Of a stretch of DNA of 64,000 nt, positions 25,803-39,232 are shown in pieces. Both the position numbers and the translations under genes were made by a program. Source of the DNA: Leucoraja ocellata (Eukaryota). Below the pieces are notes generated by a model. It made no database searches, had not been told where the DNA came from, and was given only the letters and a program-made list of their open reading frames with translations. Each line of letters starts with the position of its first letter. Positions within the stretch are counted from its first letter, which is position 1. The stretch spans positions 1,116,001 to 1,180,000 of the forward strand of contig JAWMAR010000007.1 in the NCBI GenBank assembly GCA_036785375.1. Reading direction: 5' to 3'.

Positions 25803-27419
25803 TGTTCTTTAAGTATGCATTGGTATTTTCTTTGTTAAATGATACATTTCAGCAGTTGGCCCAGTTTTGGTTTCGGACAGCACGGACTAAGTGCCACAAA
25901 CTATGCATCTAAATTTGCTGGTATTCTAATGAAATTGTGCAAATGGTGGAGAAGGATCTGAAGAAGAGTTCTGACTTGAAACATCGCCCATCCTTTTTCT
26001 CTAGAGATGCTGCCTGACTCGTTAAGTTACCCCAGTTACTTCGGTAAAAACCAGCACCTGCAGTTCCTTCCTACACTGCATCTCAGAGACTGTTAATTGC
26101 TTCAGAAAACAGAATAGTGCAAAAGGTTGCTATGATATAATTTAGCTGTAGGCAGCAGGATGTAGATGCTTTCAGTAAGTGTCATTGCCTTCTGATCCGC
26201 TTTACAGTTCAACAATTGCTTACTGTATTATCATTTAAAAATGAACAACCTGGGAGAATTCTCCAATGATTATTGGTGTAATATGATGAACATGTTTAAA
26301 CTGGGTACTTCTGCTGTTGTTCAGTCTGACGAAGGGTCCCGACCCAAAATATCACCTATTCATGTTCAACAGAGCTGCTGTTGTTGGTTTAACATGGTAT
26401 AGGGATACATTTGCAGTGTTGTATTTTCATTGTATAATAATAACATGTTATCTCCTATGTGAGTTAATCAGTTTCTTATTTTGAGCCCATGTAGAATTGC
26501 GTGAAAAATCTATTACACTGAAACATTCAGAGTCTTCAGCCAATAGATCTATGCAGCTTGATCTTAACACTCTCAATCGGTGGCAGTGGAATTGGCTACC
26601 ATATTCCTTATTAAGTTTGATTTTGGGCAACATGGACTAAGTGCCCTAAACTTTGCATCCAAATTTCTCATTACGTTCTAATCTGATTGAGACACCTGTC
26701 CTGAACAGGACGGGAGCCCTCACTGTTGAATGAAAATAAGGGTGAAACAATTGGGTTTTAATTCTCTCCAATTGTCAGGCAGATAAGTTATTTTTACCAG
26801 AACCCGTGTCATTGCATTGCAGTGCACAATCTGCACCATCTCTTGTGTAAACTGTTTATTACAAAAGGAGTGCATCACAGTGTCAACGTGCTTTTCCTGC
26901 AAGTCTGTTATTCTAATGCAACAGTCACCTATTAACTGAAAGGTCTTCACACCTTCTGTCAGAAAAAGGCAGTGACCATTTAAAAAAAATTCAGCAGCAA
27001 ATTGTCATATACTGTTAATGCTGTGCAAGCATTTTAATTAGACCTAAAGGGGGGGGGGGGGGGGGATATTTATCATTACTGAAGCCAGATTGTTAACACG
27101 GAAGACTAGGAAAGAACACAGTGCTATTTTACTGTATATGCATACTTGTTTTAATAGTCCAGGATCTTTTATGCTCTGCTCTGCATGATTACATTTGCTG
27201 TAGCTTAGGATGACTTCATTAGAATGTGACCCCACAGGGTTTCATACTAGAAAGTGCCTCATGTCAGTTAATGGACTGCGATCTTGCTGTTATATTGCTT
27301 TCCAGCTTTCCAAAACTAACTTCAATTGGAGATTAGTGATTGACTGGCTGTTTAATGTTAATTCCAGCAAATGTTCACTAGGACTATATATGGTTCTGCT
27401 GAGTTCAACATGTGCTTGT

Positions 27420-27842
27420 AGTCGAAGCATAGAAACGTAGAAAATAGGTGCAGGAGTAGACCATGCGGCCCTTCGAGGCAGCACCGCCATTCAATATGAT
27501 CATGGCTGATCATCCACAATCAGTACCCTGTTCCTGCTTTCTCCCCATATCCCTTGATTCTGTTAGTCTCTATCTAACTCTCTCTTGAAAACATCCAGTT
27601 AATTGGCCTCCACTGCCTTCTGTAGCAGAGAATTCCACAGATTCACAACTCTCTGGCTGAAAATGTTTTTCCTCATCTTAGTCCTAACTGGCCTTCCATT
27701 TAGGACTGAGATGAGGAAAAACATTAAACTGTGTCCCTGGTTCTGGACTCCCCCAACACTGGGAACATTTTGCCTGCATCTAGTCGATATGTTTCCGCAA
27801 GATCGCCTCTCATCCTTCTAAATTCCAGTGAATATAATGTGT
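27420..27842 (-). mobile_element. CR1 3' fragment with 16-bp TSD
   Basis: ttcaacatgtgcttgt at 27404-27419 and 27843-27858; HER1-type tail. Confidence 0.8.
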
Positions 27843-27859
27843 TTCAACATGTGCTTGTG

Positions 27860-28445
27860 ATTGTGTTGTTTGCAAACTTGGAGTTAGAATGAGAGCTGAA
27901 TTTGGCCATACAGTTGTGAGTGTATAGAGAGTACTGTATAGGAGGGGACTGAAAACGCATCCTTGTGGGGCACTGGTGTTGATAATTATTGTGGAGGAGG
28001 TGTTGCCACTTATCTTCACTGATTGAGATCTGTGGGTCAGAAAGGTGAGAAACCAGTGGATGAAGTGGGGGGGGAGCGAGGTCCAGGAGTTTGGATGGTA
28101 TTATGGTGTTGGAGGCACAATGATAATCAATGAAATGGAGTCCTCTGTGGGAGTTCTTGTTATCTAGGTGTTCCAGAGATAGGTTCAGGGCCAAGGAGAT
28201 GGCATCTGCTGTGGACCTGTTGGGATGGTAAGCAAACCACAGTGAATCGAGGCTGTCTGGGAGGCCAAAGTTAATGTGCACCATCGCCAGTCTCTCGAAA
28301 CATTTCATGATGGAGAATGTCAGAGCTACTGTTTGGTGGCAATAAAGGCACACTACCATATCTTACTTTGACATTGGGATGATCGTGGTCTTTTTGAAGC
28401 AGGCGGGGAACTGAGAATGGAATAGTGCGAGGTTAAAGATGTCCG
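27860..28445 (-). mobile_element. Rex1/Babar-type reverse transcriptase fragment
   Basis: VALTFSIMKCFERL...FAYHPNRSTADAI...FIDY..SNTIIPSKL; APQGCVFSPLLY. Confidence 0.9.
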
Positions 28446-28448
28446 TGA

Positions 28449-28763
28449 TGGCAGCGTGGTGGCGCAGCGGTAGAGTTGCCACCTTACAGCGCCGGAGACC
28501 CAGGTTCGATCCTGACTATGGATGCTGTCTGTATGGAGTTTGTACGTTCTCCCTGTGACTACGTGGGTTTTCTCTGAGATCTTCAGTTTCCTCTCGCACT
28601 CCAAAATCTTACAGGTTTGTAGGTTAATTGGCTTGGTATAGATGTAAAAATTTGTCCCTAGTGTGTAGGATAGTGTTAATGTGTGAGGAGCACAGGTCGG
28701 TGCGGACTCGGTGGGCTGAAGGGCCTCTTTCCATGCTGTATCTCTAAACTAAATTAAACTAAA
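28449..28763 (+). mobile_element. Full-length HE1-type V-SINE
   Basis: A box tggcgcagcgg, B box ggttcgatcc, V-domain ggagtttgtacgttctccc, CR1-derived tail with (ctaaa)n. Confidence 0.9.
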
Positions 28764-30219
28764 CACTGCCGTCTGATCTGCACAGGTCATGAGGCTATCG
28801 ACAAGGGACTTCCCTCTGGACCAGTTGTAATACATGTTGATGATACAGCATGTCATGTCATTAGACACTGACTAATACTCAGAGCCTTTGTATTATGTAT
28901 CACAGCTTTCCCAGTGCTAGAATTACTATGGCTTTGGCCATTTGGGATCCAGATTGATAGAGTTGACAAGTATATACTGAACTTGAGTGTGATTAGTCTA
29001 GCAGCCATAGAATCAGAGAAACATAGAAAATAGGTGCAGGAGTAGGCCATTCGGCCCTTCGAGCATGGGCATCCTTGCAGTCCCTCACATGGACGCTGAT
29101 GTCTTTGAGCATTAAGCCAGGACTAAATACTTGTATCCAGTTGTCTACAATGAGAAGTCCGCAGAAGCAGTTTCAGAATGAGATGCCTCTGGAAGCCATT
29201 TTAATAGATCGAGCTATTAAAAAAAGAACTAAGACACAAAGTGCTGACTCCATTCTTTACCTGGGAGATAAATTTCAAGGCAGCACAAAACATAACAAAG
29301 TAATGTTTCTCTCTGACAAAGTAGGGTTTTGGTCATTTGTGTGCCAAGAATTTTAGCTGGAAAAAATCTTCACTGAACTTGGCTTCCCTACCTCCTTCAC
29401 CATTTGTGCCTTTTCAGAGGCTGGTGTCCATCTCAGTTTTGGCATTGAATTTACCCAGGTGAATATATTGGGTAATTGTGTCAGGGATCGCTCGAAATGT
29501 AATACAATTCGTGACATCTACCCACCAACAGGAGTCCACGGTGAAGGGTTTGCTCCGCAGTTTGATCAAGATTAGCACCCGTTAACTAAGGGACTATGTC
29601 TTCTCTGCCAAGAATCACTGAGGCTGCTTTAAATGAACTGTCGAAGTGATTCATGATTGCATTAACCACAAATGGAAAGCACTCTTGGACTGAAAACCAA
29701 GAATTTACAGCTCGGGGAGAAGAAAATAAAACAGATATACAGATATTTGAAGGCATAAGGCCAACAAAAAATGTGACCTGGAGGATAAATGACTGTGAAA
29801 ACAGAGCAAGAGGTCAGTAACTCACTGGAATGTGGATTCTTCAGTGCTGACAATACCACCAAACTTCCAAACATCTATCTTGCTGAGTCTTAAGATAAAT
29901 ATGGTGGAAAACACCAACTTCACAACATAGTCTTTTTTAACCTCAAACACAAATTTGCTGCCCTCTGAAATTCATTACCATTGTAAATCTGCCACAAGAA
30001 GACATTCAAGCCTTAATCCTGACTGATGCTTTCATTCCAAATCTAATCCCAATGTGACTAAAAAAAAAGCTGTGATTTTGGACAAATATGTTTCTTGCTG
30101 CATTAATGCACTTCACCAATAAATTTCCTGCTGAGATGGAGTTAATCCACAGGTCTGAAAACAGAAACCTGGTCAACCTTTCTCATCTCATCTCATCTCC
30201 ACTCTGGAACCAAAGTCAC

Positions 30220-30950
30220 CCTGTCCTAGTCTTTCACGTCATCAAGACAAATGAGTTGGTTGCAGACCTAAGGAAATGATGGGTTCCACACATGCGCACA
30301 AATGTAGAGATGGTCCACAAATTCAAATTCCTAGACATTCGTATCACCAGCAGACTAACCTGATCAAGAAAGCACATCAGTGTTTACTTTCTTGAGAAGA
30401 TTCAGCATGTCCATGAGATTCTCTCGGACTTCTACAGATATGCTTTAGAAGATATTCTGACCAGATGTATCTTAGCCTGGCCTGGCAACTTGACTGCTTG
30501 AACTTGCAGAGGGTGGTGAACACAGCTCTTATGATCAAGTCATTCCATACAGTCCATCTTCATGTTGTGTTGTATCAGAAAGGTTGGAAGTATCATCAGG
30601 GATGCCTGTGAACTTGAGCACTACCTTCCACTAAAGATACAGGATCATGAAATCCTGGATGTCCACATTTAAGAACAGCTTTATCCCCACTGCTGCAGTG
30701 CTTTCACACCCCTACCTGGAGGTACTGCCACATTCTTATTCTTACCTCTACCTCATTCAGTTTTTCTGTTATTACTTCTTTCTTTTTTTCCTCCCATTTC
30801 AGATTGTTGCACAACCTTGCACCATTCTGCTGTTTGGTCCTTGTCATTGTATTTATTATTGCATTTACCATTACTCTGCGAGCTTCATATGAGGAAGGAA
30901 TTTCAGTGCACCCTGGTGTATAGAACAGTAAGCTAATCTGAATCGGAATG
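30220..30950 (+). mobile_element. Degenerate Rex1/Babar-type LINE 3' region
   Basis: ttggttgcagacctaaggaa...ttcaaattcctagac...aagaacagctttatcccc and Rex-type tail gaatttcagtgcaccctggtg. Confidence 0.6.
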
Positions 30951-30964
30951 TTAACAGGGTCATT

Positions 30965-31284
30965 GAAGTCATAGTATGAAGCAGGCCCTTCGGTCCAACT
31001 TGCCCACACCGACCAACATGTCCAGTCTATACTAGTCCCACCTGTCCACATTTGGACAATATCTCTCTGAACATTTCATATACATGTACCTGTCCAAATT
31101 TTGTTTAAATGCTGTTATAGTATCTGCCTCTTCTAGCAGCTCGTTCTGTATAGCCACCACCATCTGTATAAGAAAAGTTGCCACTCAGGTTCCTACTGAA
31201 TCTTTCCCCTCTCACATTAAGCCTATGTTCCCTGGTTCTTGATTCCCCTACTCTAGGTAAACAACTCTATAAGATCACCCCTCA
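30965..31284 (-). mobile_element. CR1 3' fragment
   Basis: Same subfamily tail as 60207-60648. Confidence 0.75.
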
Positions 31285-32660
31285 CCAGTTGTTGGGTGTC
31301 TTCCCTGGTGATGCTCTGCCAGGCCTGTGTTGCAGCCATCTTTAGCTTATGCTTGTTTTGGGGGCTAGTCCCCTTCAGTTTTTTCTTCAGCATATAAAAG
31401 ACATGCTCAATTGGGTTCTGATCGGGTGATTGACTTGGCCACTCAAGAATTTACCACGTTTTAGCTTTGAAAAACTCCTTTGTTGCTTTAGCAGTATGTT
31501 TGGGATAATTGTCTTGCTGTAGACAGGGGCCTCCAAACCTTTCAGCACGAGGGCCACATTATATATTTGGCACATTTTTGCAGGCCATAGTAAAAAATAA
31601 AGAAATGTCAGTTTTATAAATTTAGTAAAAGAGGGAGAGGCAGAATGAGGGCAGAGAGAGGGGGCAGAGAGAGGGGGCAGAGAAAGAGAGGGCAGAGAAA
31701 GGGCGCAGAAGGCATAGAGAGAGAAAGGGCAGAGAGAGCGGCAGAGGCAGAGAGAGAGGCAGAGAGAGAGAGCAGGCAGAGAGAGGGGAGAGAGAGAAAG
31801 TGCAGAGAGAGGGCAGAGAGGAACAATTGCACGTTATAACGCACCGACAATCCATTCTGACCACTGCCGCTGAACACCGCCCCTGCTCCCACCCCCCACA
31901 TTGCACCCTTCTTCACGGTGGCCCTGTGATGTTTCGGCTCTGACAATTCGAGGGACCTAACCAGTAACAACACTAAGAGCAGCTCCGGGCCGTGGTGCTC
32001 CCCGGCTCGAATCGACTCGATGCCTAACTGACACATGCTCCGTCCTGCGCTGAGCTTGCTGCGGGCCAGATAAAATCTCGTGGCGGACCAGATGTGGCCT
32101 GTGGGCCACAGTTTGGAGATCCCTGCTGTAGAATGAACCGTCGGCCAATGGGTTTTGAGGCATTTGTTTGAACTTGAGCAGATAGGATATGTCTATACAC
32201 TTCAGAACTCATTATGCTACTACCATCAGCAGTTGTATCATCTATGAAGATAAGTGAGCCAGTACCTTCTGCAGCCATATATGCCCAGGCCATAACACCC
32301 CCACCACCGTGTTTCACGGATGAGGTGGTATGCTTTTGATCTTGGGCAGTTCCTTCTCTCCTCCATACTTTGCTCGTGCCATCACTCTGATACGTTAATC
32401 TTCATATCATCTGTCCACAAGACCTTATTCCAGAACTGTGATTCCTCGTTTAAGTACTTCTTGGCAAACTGTAACCTGGCCATCCTATTTTTGTGGCTAA
32501 CAAGTGGTTTGCATCTTGCAGTGTAGTCTCTGTATTTCTGTTCATGAAGTCTTATTCAGACATTGGTCATTGACAAATCCACACGTGACTCCTCAAGAGT
32601 GTTTCTGATCTGTCGGACAGATGTTTGGGGATTTTTCTTTATTATAGAGAGAATTCTTAG
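31285..32660 (-). pseudogene. Tc1/mariner transposase fossil interrupted by a hAT MITE
   Basis: KHGGGGVMAW...GTGSLIFID...RRFILQQ on one side and QQDNYPKHTAK...EWPSQSPDQNPIEH on the other: Tc1 DDE catalytic motifs with stops and frameshifts. Confidence 0.9.
31524..32125. mobile_element. Non-autonomous hAT (Charlie-like) element containing a GA-rich microsatellite (~31628-31820)
   Basis: TIRs caggggcctccaaac / gtttggagatccctg; duplicated target ctgtaga on both sides. Confidence 0.85.
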
Positions 32661-32894
32661 AGGGATTTCTATAGATTTAACTCTTGTATGTGTTACCCAC
32701 CAGCCACATGGAATATTAAAATAATGTAAAATAAACAGTTTAGTCCACCGTACCCATGTTGGCTATTTCAAGCATCTATCCAGTAAGTTCAACTCCCTAG
32801 CTTTTTCTGGTCTTATTCTGAAGAACAACACCGCCATCACCTCTCCATCAGTTTATTGGATATCACTGAAAAATTCATTCCATTGTCCTGGTTG

Positions 32895-33205
32895 AAGATT
32901 GAATAAACCTGAAACGTCATCCATTCCATCTCTCCAGAGATGCTGCCTGTCCCGCTGAGTTACTCCAGCATTTTGTGTCTTTCTTTGGTTTAAACCAGCA
33001 TCTGCAGTTCCTTCATACACATTTTGCCTACCTCACTCGCCTGGCTTTGTCCCGCCTGCACCTCTCCATCTTCGGCCAACTTTCCCTCCAACTCTCCAAC
33101 TTTCTGCCTCTCATATAATCAGTGCGAAGAAGTATCCCAACCTGAAATGTCACCTATCCATGTCCTCCAGAGATACTGCCTGACCTGCTGAGTTACTCCA
33201 GCAAG
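32895..33205 (+). mobile_element. Tandem direct Penelope-terminus/hammerhead units (period ~233 bp)
   Basis: cctgaaacgtca...ctccagagatgctgcctg...gctgagttactccagca at ~32908 and ~33141. Confidence 0.7.
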
Positions 33206-33341
33206 GATATTGCATTACAATATCATGTTGTATTATTAGTGCATGCACTATTGTAATGCAATATGCACCACTTATGAAATGTGGATGCTAACCCAATATT
33301 ATATTTCAACAGCCATCTCAACTCAACCTTTTGTAGAGTAA

Positions 33342-33780
33342 TTGGCCTGTCCCACTTAGGCGATTTTCTAGGTGACTAGGCTGTCGTCACATGGTCGCCA
33401 GGGTGTCGCCTGTATGGTCGTGAGTCCTCTCCTCAGTCGCCCAAAGAGTGGTAGTGTCTTTCTGGTTGCCGCTGGATTTTCAACATGTTGAAAAATTTTC
33501 TGAGACAGTCGGTGACGGTGGGTTTGACGCCAATGAGCGTAGCTTGACTTCTCCTGACGGAGGTGCTGTCGTAGTTGGCGCCAAGTTAACGTTGGTTGTC
33601 ACCAAGGTAACGTAGGTTGTCGCCAAGGTAACGTAGGTTGTCGCTGGTGCTGACTTCGTTTTTTTTGTTGTTGTTAAAGAAATGATTCAATTTCAAATTT
33701 TATGTTGCAGTTGCTGGTTTTTTGTCAATCTGCTACGACTATGACTGTCGCCTAAAAATAGCTTATGTGGGACGGGGCCA
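33342..33780. mobile_element. PIF/Harbinger-type MITE
   Basis: TIRs tggcctgtcccacttaggcgatttt / aaaatagcttatgtgggacggggcca flanked by TAA/TTA; internal 21-bp tandem repeat. Confidence 0.75.
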
Positions 33781-34224
33781 TTACGTACATATACTTTCAA
33801 ATTTATTTTTATCTGCAAACCTATTAACGTTTCCCCATTTAGTTTTTATTATGTCTTCTTCCAATCCATAATTGGACTCAATAACAGCACAATTGGTCCA
33901 CTGGATTACATGATGTTATCAAATAACTCATAAGCTGCATAGTTATTTGTACAATTAAACATTAGATCTCTTATTAGAAATACAGAAAAATGTATTGTTA
34001 TAAATGTAACATGCAATTACAATGTGCAGGTTGGTAATTAACAATGATTAACTTTATTGAGATTGCTACATCATTCTATCAAAAGCTATTTGGCTAAAGT
34101 TTTGATCATGACATGACATCCATAAACTATTTTAAGACTGGGAAATTAATTAGCAATCTCATAAAAAATAAAAGGGAATATACAAGTAGATTGATATTCA
34201 CAGTTGCTCCTTTAATCACTGGGC

Positions 34225-34830
34225 ACGATACGATTCGATACGATAGAACATTATTTATCCCAGGAGGGAAATTGATCATAAAAACACAAAATACATGAAA
34301 CATGAAATTAAAGTGATGAGTAGAATGGATTGGGGACGTGCAAAGATTGGAAAGGCGGACAGGGGAGTCAGTCTCAATCTACCCTACGACAGAAGGGGGA
34401 GGAGTTGTACAGTTTGATAGCCACAGGGAAGAAGGATCTCGTGTGGCGTTCTGTCCTGCATCTTGGTGGAACCAGTCTGTTGCTGAAGGTGCTCCTCATG
34501 TTGACCAGTGTGTAATGGAGGGGGTGAGCTGTATTGTCCAGGATGCTCCGCAGTTTGAGGAGCATCCTCCCCTCCAAGACCAATCTTCCATGAATCCAAC
34601 TCCGCCTCCAGGATGGAGCCAGCCTTCCTGATGAGTTTGTTGATAACATCATGTAATCCTATTGGCGTCCGCAGCCCTCGCCCTGCTGCCCCAGCGCACG
34701 GCAGCGAGGAAGATGACACATGGTACCACCGATTGGTGGAATATCTGCAGCATCTTACTACAGACATTGAAGGAGCGGAACCTTCACAAAACGTACAAGC
34801 AGCTCTGTAACATCTTGTACATCACCTTCT
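34225..34830 (-). mobile_element. Rex1/Babar-type LINE 3' end
   Basis: NKLIRKAGSIL; ILDNTAHPLH...RCRTERHTRSFFPVAIKLYN; (tatcg)n tail. Confidence 0.85.
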
Positions 34831-35479
34831 GTTCGTTATCTCGTGTGCCAGACGACGTATAGCTCGCTGTTGGCTTCTGTCGTAGTCCAACATGTTGACA
34901 GAATTGGCCGCCCAACACATCACAGAGTGCATTGTGTCGTCGTTCCTGGGGAACACCACGTGAAGGCTTCGGTCATGATCCCCAACCTTCTGTTAAAGAA
35001 TGCTATGGAGAATACTACCATCTCTTGAATGATCCAATTCCTAGAAATCTAAACACTGTTATATTAAATCTTTCATGCAAGCGTTTAAAGAAAAAATAAA
35101 TCAAATTAATATTTTACATTAGAATTTAATTCTTAAGAAACTCCTGAGATTTTCATCAGAGAACTTTGAAAACATGGCAATGGAGTAAGAGTAATGACTG
35201 CATTGGTCATTTTACTTCCAGATATTTTGCATTTGTTCCTGTGGATTGAAGGATTGATCAGTACGGGTGTCGGGTATTATGGGGAAAAGGCAGGAGAATG
35301 GGGTTAGGTCAGCCATGATTGAATGGTGGTGTAGACGTGATGGGCCGAATGGCCTCATATTGCTCCTAAGCTTTATGACGGGAGAGAAAAAACCCCAAAC
35401 TATTTACCTGTCAGACCAATGGCTGTATAATGGAATCAATAACAACTGTCACCAATAATGGATGTGGCAGCAGAACATC

Positions 35480-36040
35480 TCTTAAGAGAATAGGATTGAG
35501 CAGATCCAGTATGGATTTATGAAAGGGAAATCATGTCTATCTAATTGGGGTTTTTGTGGATGTGACTTTAGGGTGTGGTATTCCGATCAACAGAAGGATT
35601 CTGAATGAGAAATTGGTCAATAAGGTTAGATTATATGCAACTGGGCTAATAGACTTGCATGGATTGAGAACTGGTTAACGGAATGAAATGTAAAGTATTT
35701 TTTCTCAGATTGGCAGGCTCCACCTAACTGGTGGAGTACCATAGGGAAAGGTGCTTGGGTTCCAGCCATTCATAAAGTGTACCAATGATTTAGCTGAGGG
35801 GGCCAAATGTCATATTTGGAAGTTTCTCATGAATCGTTACCAAAAACTGATACACAATATGTTGATGCAGCAACCAATGCTGGGGAACAAAGGGATCATG
35901 GAGTGAATTTCCAATCATCCCAAAAGTTAGCAGAAGATGAGAAAAAGGCTTCTGTGATTCTTTGCTTAATTGGCTAAGGATATAAGTGCGCTAGTTAAGC
36001 CCCAGGTAGATCACGTTGTACAATTCTGGTTAACATTGTA
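35480..36040 (+). mobile_element. Degenerate CR1 RT fragment
   Basis: QYGFMKGKSCLSN; WIENWLT; GVP.GKVLG motifs. Confidence 0.6.
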
Positions 36041-37189
36041 TCAATTCTAACGAAAGTTTATTTCCTTTCACTCCTTTCAGCAGTGATTAATAATTAAACT
36101 TTTTGTTTAATCTAATCGATTCAAGTATCACCTGGGCGGCCCAGAAACCAAAACCAGCAGCATAGTTTTATCACAATAGTTTGATTAACAGCAATGTACA
36201 ATCATTACATTATACATGTTGTGTGATATGATTGCCTGAGCAAATGTTCATAATACCCGTGCACCCATGGTTTGTGGAGGTGGGGAATGGTGCTGTGCTG
36301 TGCTGTGCTGTGCCTCGAACTCCATGTGGACCGTGGCCATTTTGTTGTGGGAACTCCTGGTCACTAAATTGGTCAAATACCACATTGGCATTTTTGAGAA
36401 AGATGGCTAGAGTTATCTGACTATTCCAGTTGGATTTTATTGTGAAGATCACCGGTATTGTGATAATGGTCAGTCTGTTGTTTAATTGGCCTCTGTAAAA
36501 AAAAAAATAAAAAAAAATGCCGGCATGTAGGAAGTGGAAAAACGTTGAACTTGTGTGAACAAGTGATCGATGGTTGGTGTGGAATCATGGGGCTGAAGGG
36601 CCCGTTTCCATGCCGCATCACTGAACTATAGACACTCCCAAAATGCACTTCAGAGGTATTTTTGTTAAAGCATTCTAAAATTACATGTCAAAGCATCTTC
36701 ATAAAATCATTGATAACATATGAGTGGATTGTGGATCAGTGCAACTCGCCATTATTATGTAAAATCATTACACCTCTAATTCTAGCGTGAAGGTATGCCG
36801 CATCCAACATTCTGAGGTAAAAGGAACTTTTGTTAGGGTTTTTAATCCCCATCTGAGTGTTGACACAACTGTGATATAGAGTTGCCATTTTCTGCAGCAA
36901 ACAAATCCCAGGCAAGATAAAAAATGGGCCAGCTTCTCTCAGAAAGCACGGTCATTTTCCCATCAGAATGCAATCGGTGAAGGCAGGATATACTCAAATT
37001 ATGTGCACAAGAAAACTAATCCCAGTCCCCAACAGACTAAGAAGACGGTCATAAGGTCATAAGAGCTAGTAGAAGAATTAGGCCATTCAGCCCATCGTCT
37101 ACTCCAACGTTCAATCACGGCTGATCTATCTCTCCCTCCCAACCCCATTCTCCCCATAACCCCCAACACCTGTACTAATCAAGTATTTA

Positions 37190-37329
37190 AGGTAGACAAA
37201 AATGCTGGAGAAAGTTAGCGGATGCGGCAGCATCTATGGAGCGAAGGAAATAGGCAACGTTTCGGGCCAAAACCCTTCTTCATTTTTGTCTACCTTTAAT
37301 TTTCCAGCATCTGCAGTTCCTTCTTGAAC
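37190..37329. mobile_element. Mini-Penelope insertion with 13-bp TSD inside a CR1 tail (~37048-37425, minus)
   Basis: aatcaagtattta (37177-37189) / aatcaaatattta (37330-37342). Confidence 0.7.
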
Positions 37330-37909
37330 AATCAAATATTTATCTCTGCCATAAAAATATCTATTGATTTGGCCTCCATGGCCTTCTGTGGCAATAAGTT
37401 CCACAGATTCACCACCCTCTGAGTAAAGAAGCGAGCTCTGACTGGAAGAAAATGTCACCTTTATGCAACCGATGATATCTCTAGACCCCCTCTCCCCTGA
37501 CTCAGTCTGAAGAAAAGTCTTGACCCGAAACGTCATCCATTTCATCTTTCCAGAGATGCTGCGTCAAGCTAAGTTACTTCAGCAATTTGTGCCTATCTTT
37601 GGTGTAAACCAACATCTGCAGTTCCTTCCTACATATTTTGTTTGTACTCTATCAAACATTCCTCTTAAAAATCCAAAGTGTATTCAGCATTTGATGAAAA
37701 TTTACCTAAATGATGCTCTGTTTAAATGCTAATGAACGTAGGAATTGTTATTTTTTAGCACAATTTTGGCTTGCATGATTATTGAAACTCTGCCAAGTGT
37801 TCATTTCAGATCCTCAACGGTTTCTTTGAGAGGGTAGAGTAATGGTTTCAGTTGATTTAACCACCCTTTTTTGGATATTTAATATTTGTGTTTGCTTTTA
37901 TTGTCACAG

Positions 37910-38037
37910 AATGCAAACATACTTCACAGGAATTCTTAAAAAGGTCAAAACCGCAACCATCTACCCTTCCAGCAAGGCTTTCTTACACGTTAGATGGCAG
38001 AGAAGACATTTATGCCAATTGTATGGTTGTAAATCAG
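37910..38037 (+). CDS. ARHGEF28: ARHGEF28 internal exon (phase 1-0; ECKHTSQEFLKRSKPQPSTLPARLSYTLDGREDIYANCMVVNQ)
   Basis: Acceptor ttttattgtcacag|, donor CAG|gtaagg; IYANCMV and LKRSKP resemble ARHGEF28 VYANCMV and LKKSKP. Confidence 0.92.
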
Positions 38038-38542
38038 GTAAGGTGTTACAAAATAAGGCTAAATACAGGATGTTGCTTCGATTGGAAGACTTTAATTATG
38101 GGAGGAGATTTGTTAGGGCAGTCATTTTTACATTGGAGTGAAGGAGACGGAGGGTGACCTGATAGAAGTATATAAAATTATAAGAGGCATAAATAGAATA
38201 GACAGATTTTTTTGTTCCCCTCAAGGCAGGCGTCATAAGCAGGAGGGCATTCATTTAATATCAGAGAAAGGGGTTTTAAAGGGAATTTGGGAAGTATCTT
38301 TTTCGCACAGAGAGCAGTTGATATCTGGAACACACTGCCAGATGAAGATGGTACAATCAAATGCAATTATTACATTTCAGAGTAATTTCGACGTAAATAG
38401 GTAAGGTAAAGAAGAATATACTCTTAATGTGGGCAAATGGGATTATCCCTGTGAGACCGCCAGTCTTGGCAGTTCTGCATTGCTTTGATCAAATTCACAC
38501 CCACGAAGATTTGAAGGATGTAGTCACAGTGTCACGAGGTTT

Positions 38543-38842
38543 GCATGGTGGTGCAGCAGTAGAGTTGCTGCCTCACAGTGCCAGAGACCCGTGTTCGATC
38601 CTGACTACGGGTGCTACTCTGTACGGTGTTTGTACATTCTGCCCGTGACCTGCGTGGGTTTTCGCTGGGTGCTCCGGTTTCCTCCCCCACTCCAAAGATG
38701 TACAGGTTTGAGGGCTAATTGGCTGTGTATAAATGCAAATTGTCCCTAGTGTGTGTAGGATTGTGCTAGTGTGCAGGGATTACTGGTCGGCGTGGACTTG
38801 GTGGGCCAAAGGAACTGTTTCCGCACTCTATCTCTAAACTAG
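38543..38842 (+). mobile_element. HE1-type V-SINE
   Basis: A/B boxes, V-domain, tail. Confidence 0.85.
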
Positions 38843-38844
38843 AA

Positions 38845-39232
38845 GCATAGAAACATAGAAAATATGTGCAGGAGGAGGCCATTTGGCTCTTTGAGCCAAC
38901 CTCTCCATTCATTGTGATCATGGCTGATCAACCACAATCAATAGCCCATGCCTGCCTTCTCCCCATATCATTTGATTCTGCCAGCACCCTAGAGATCTAT
39001 CTAACTCTCTTTGAAATCCATCCAGTGAATTGGCCTCCACTGCCTTCTGTGGCAGAGAATTTCACAAATTCACAACTCCCTGGGTGAAAAAGTTTATTCT
39101 CATCTCAGTTTTAAATGGCCTCCCCTTTATTCTTAGACTGTGCCCCCTGGTTCTGGACTCCCCCAACAATGGGAAATGTTTTCCTGCATCTAGCTTGTCC
39201 AGTCCTTTTATAATTTTTATACGTTTCTATAA
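38845..39232 (-). mobile_element. CR1/HER1 3' fragment
   Basis: Reverse complement of the 11415-11870 type. Confidence 0.85.

Noticed and set aside
28449-28530. tRNA gene
   Set aside because: The A/B boxes belong to the head of a multicopy HE1 SINE.
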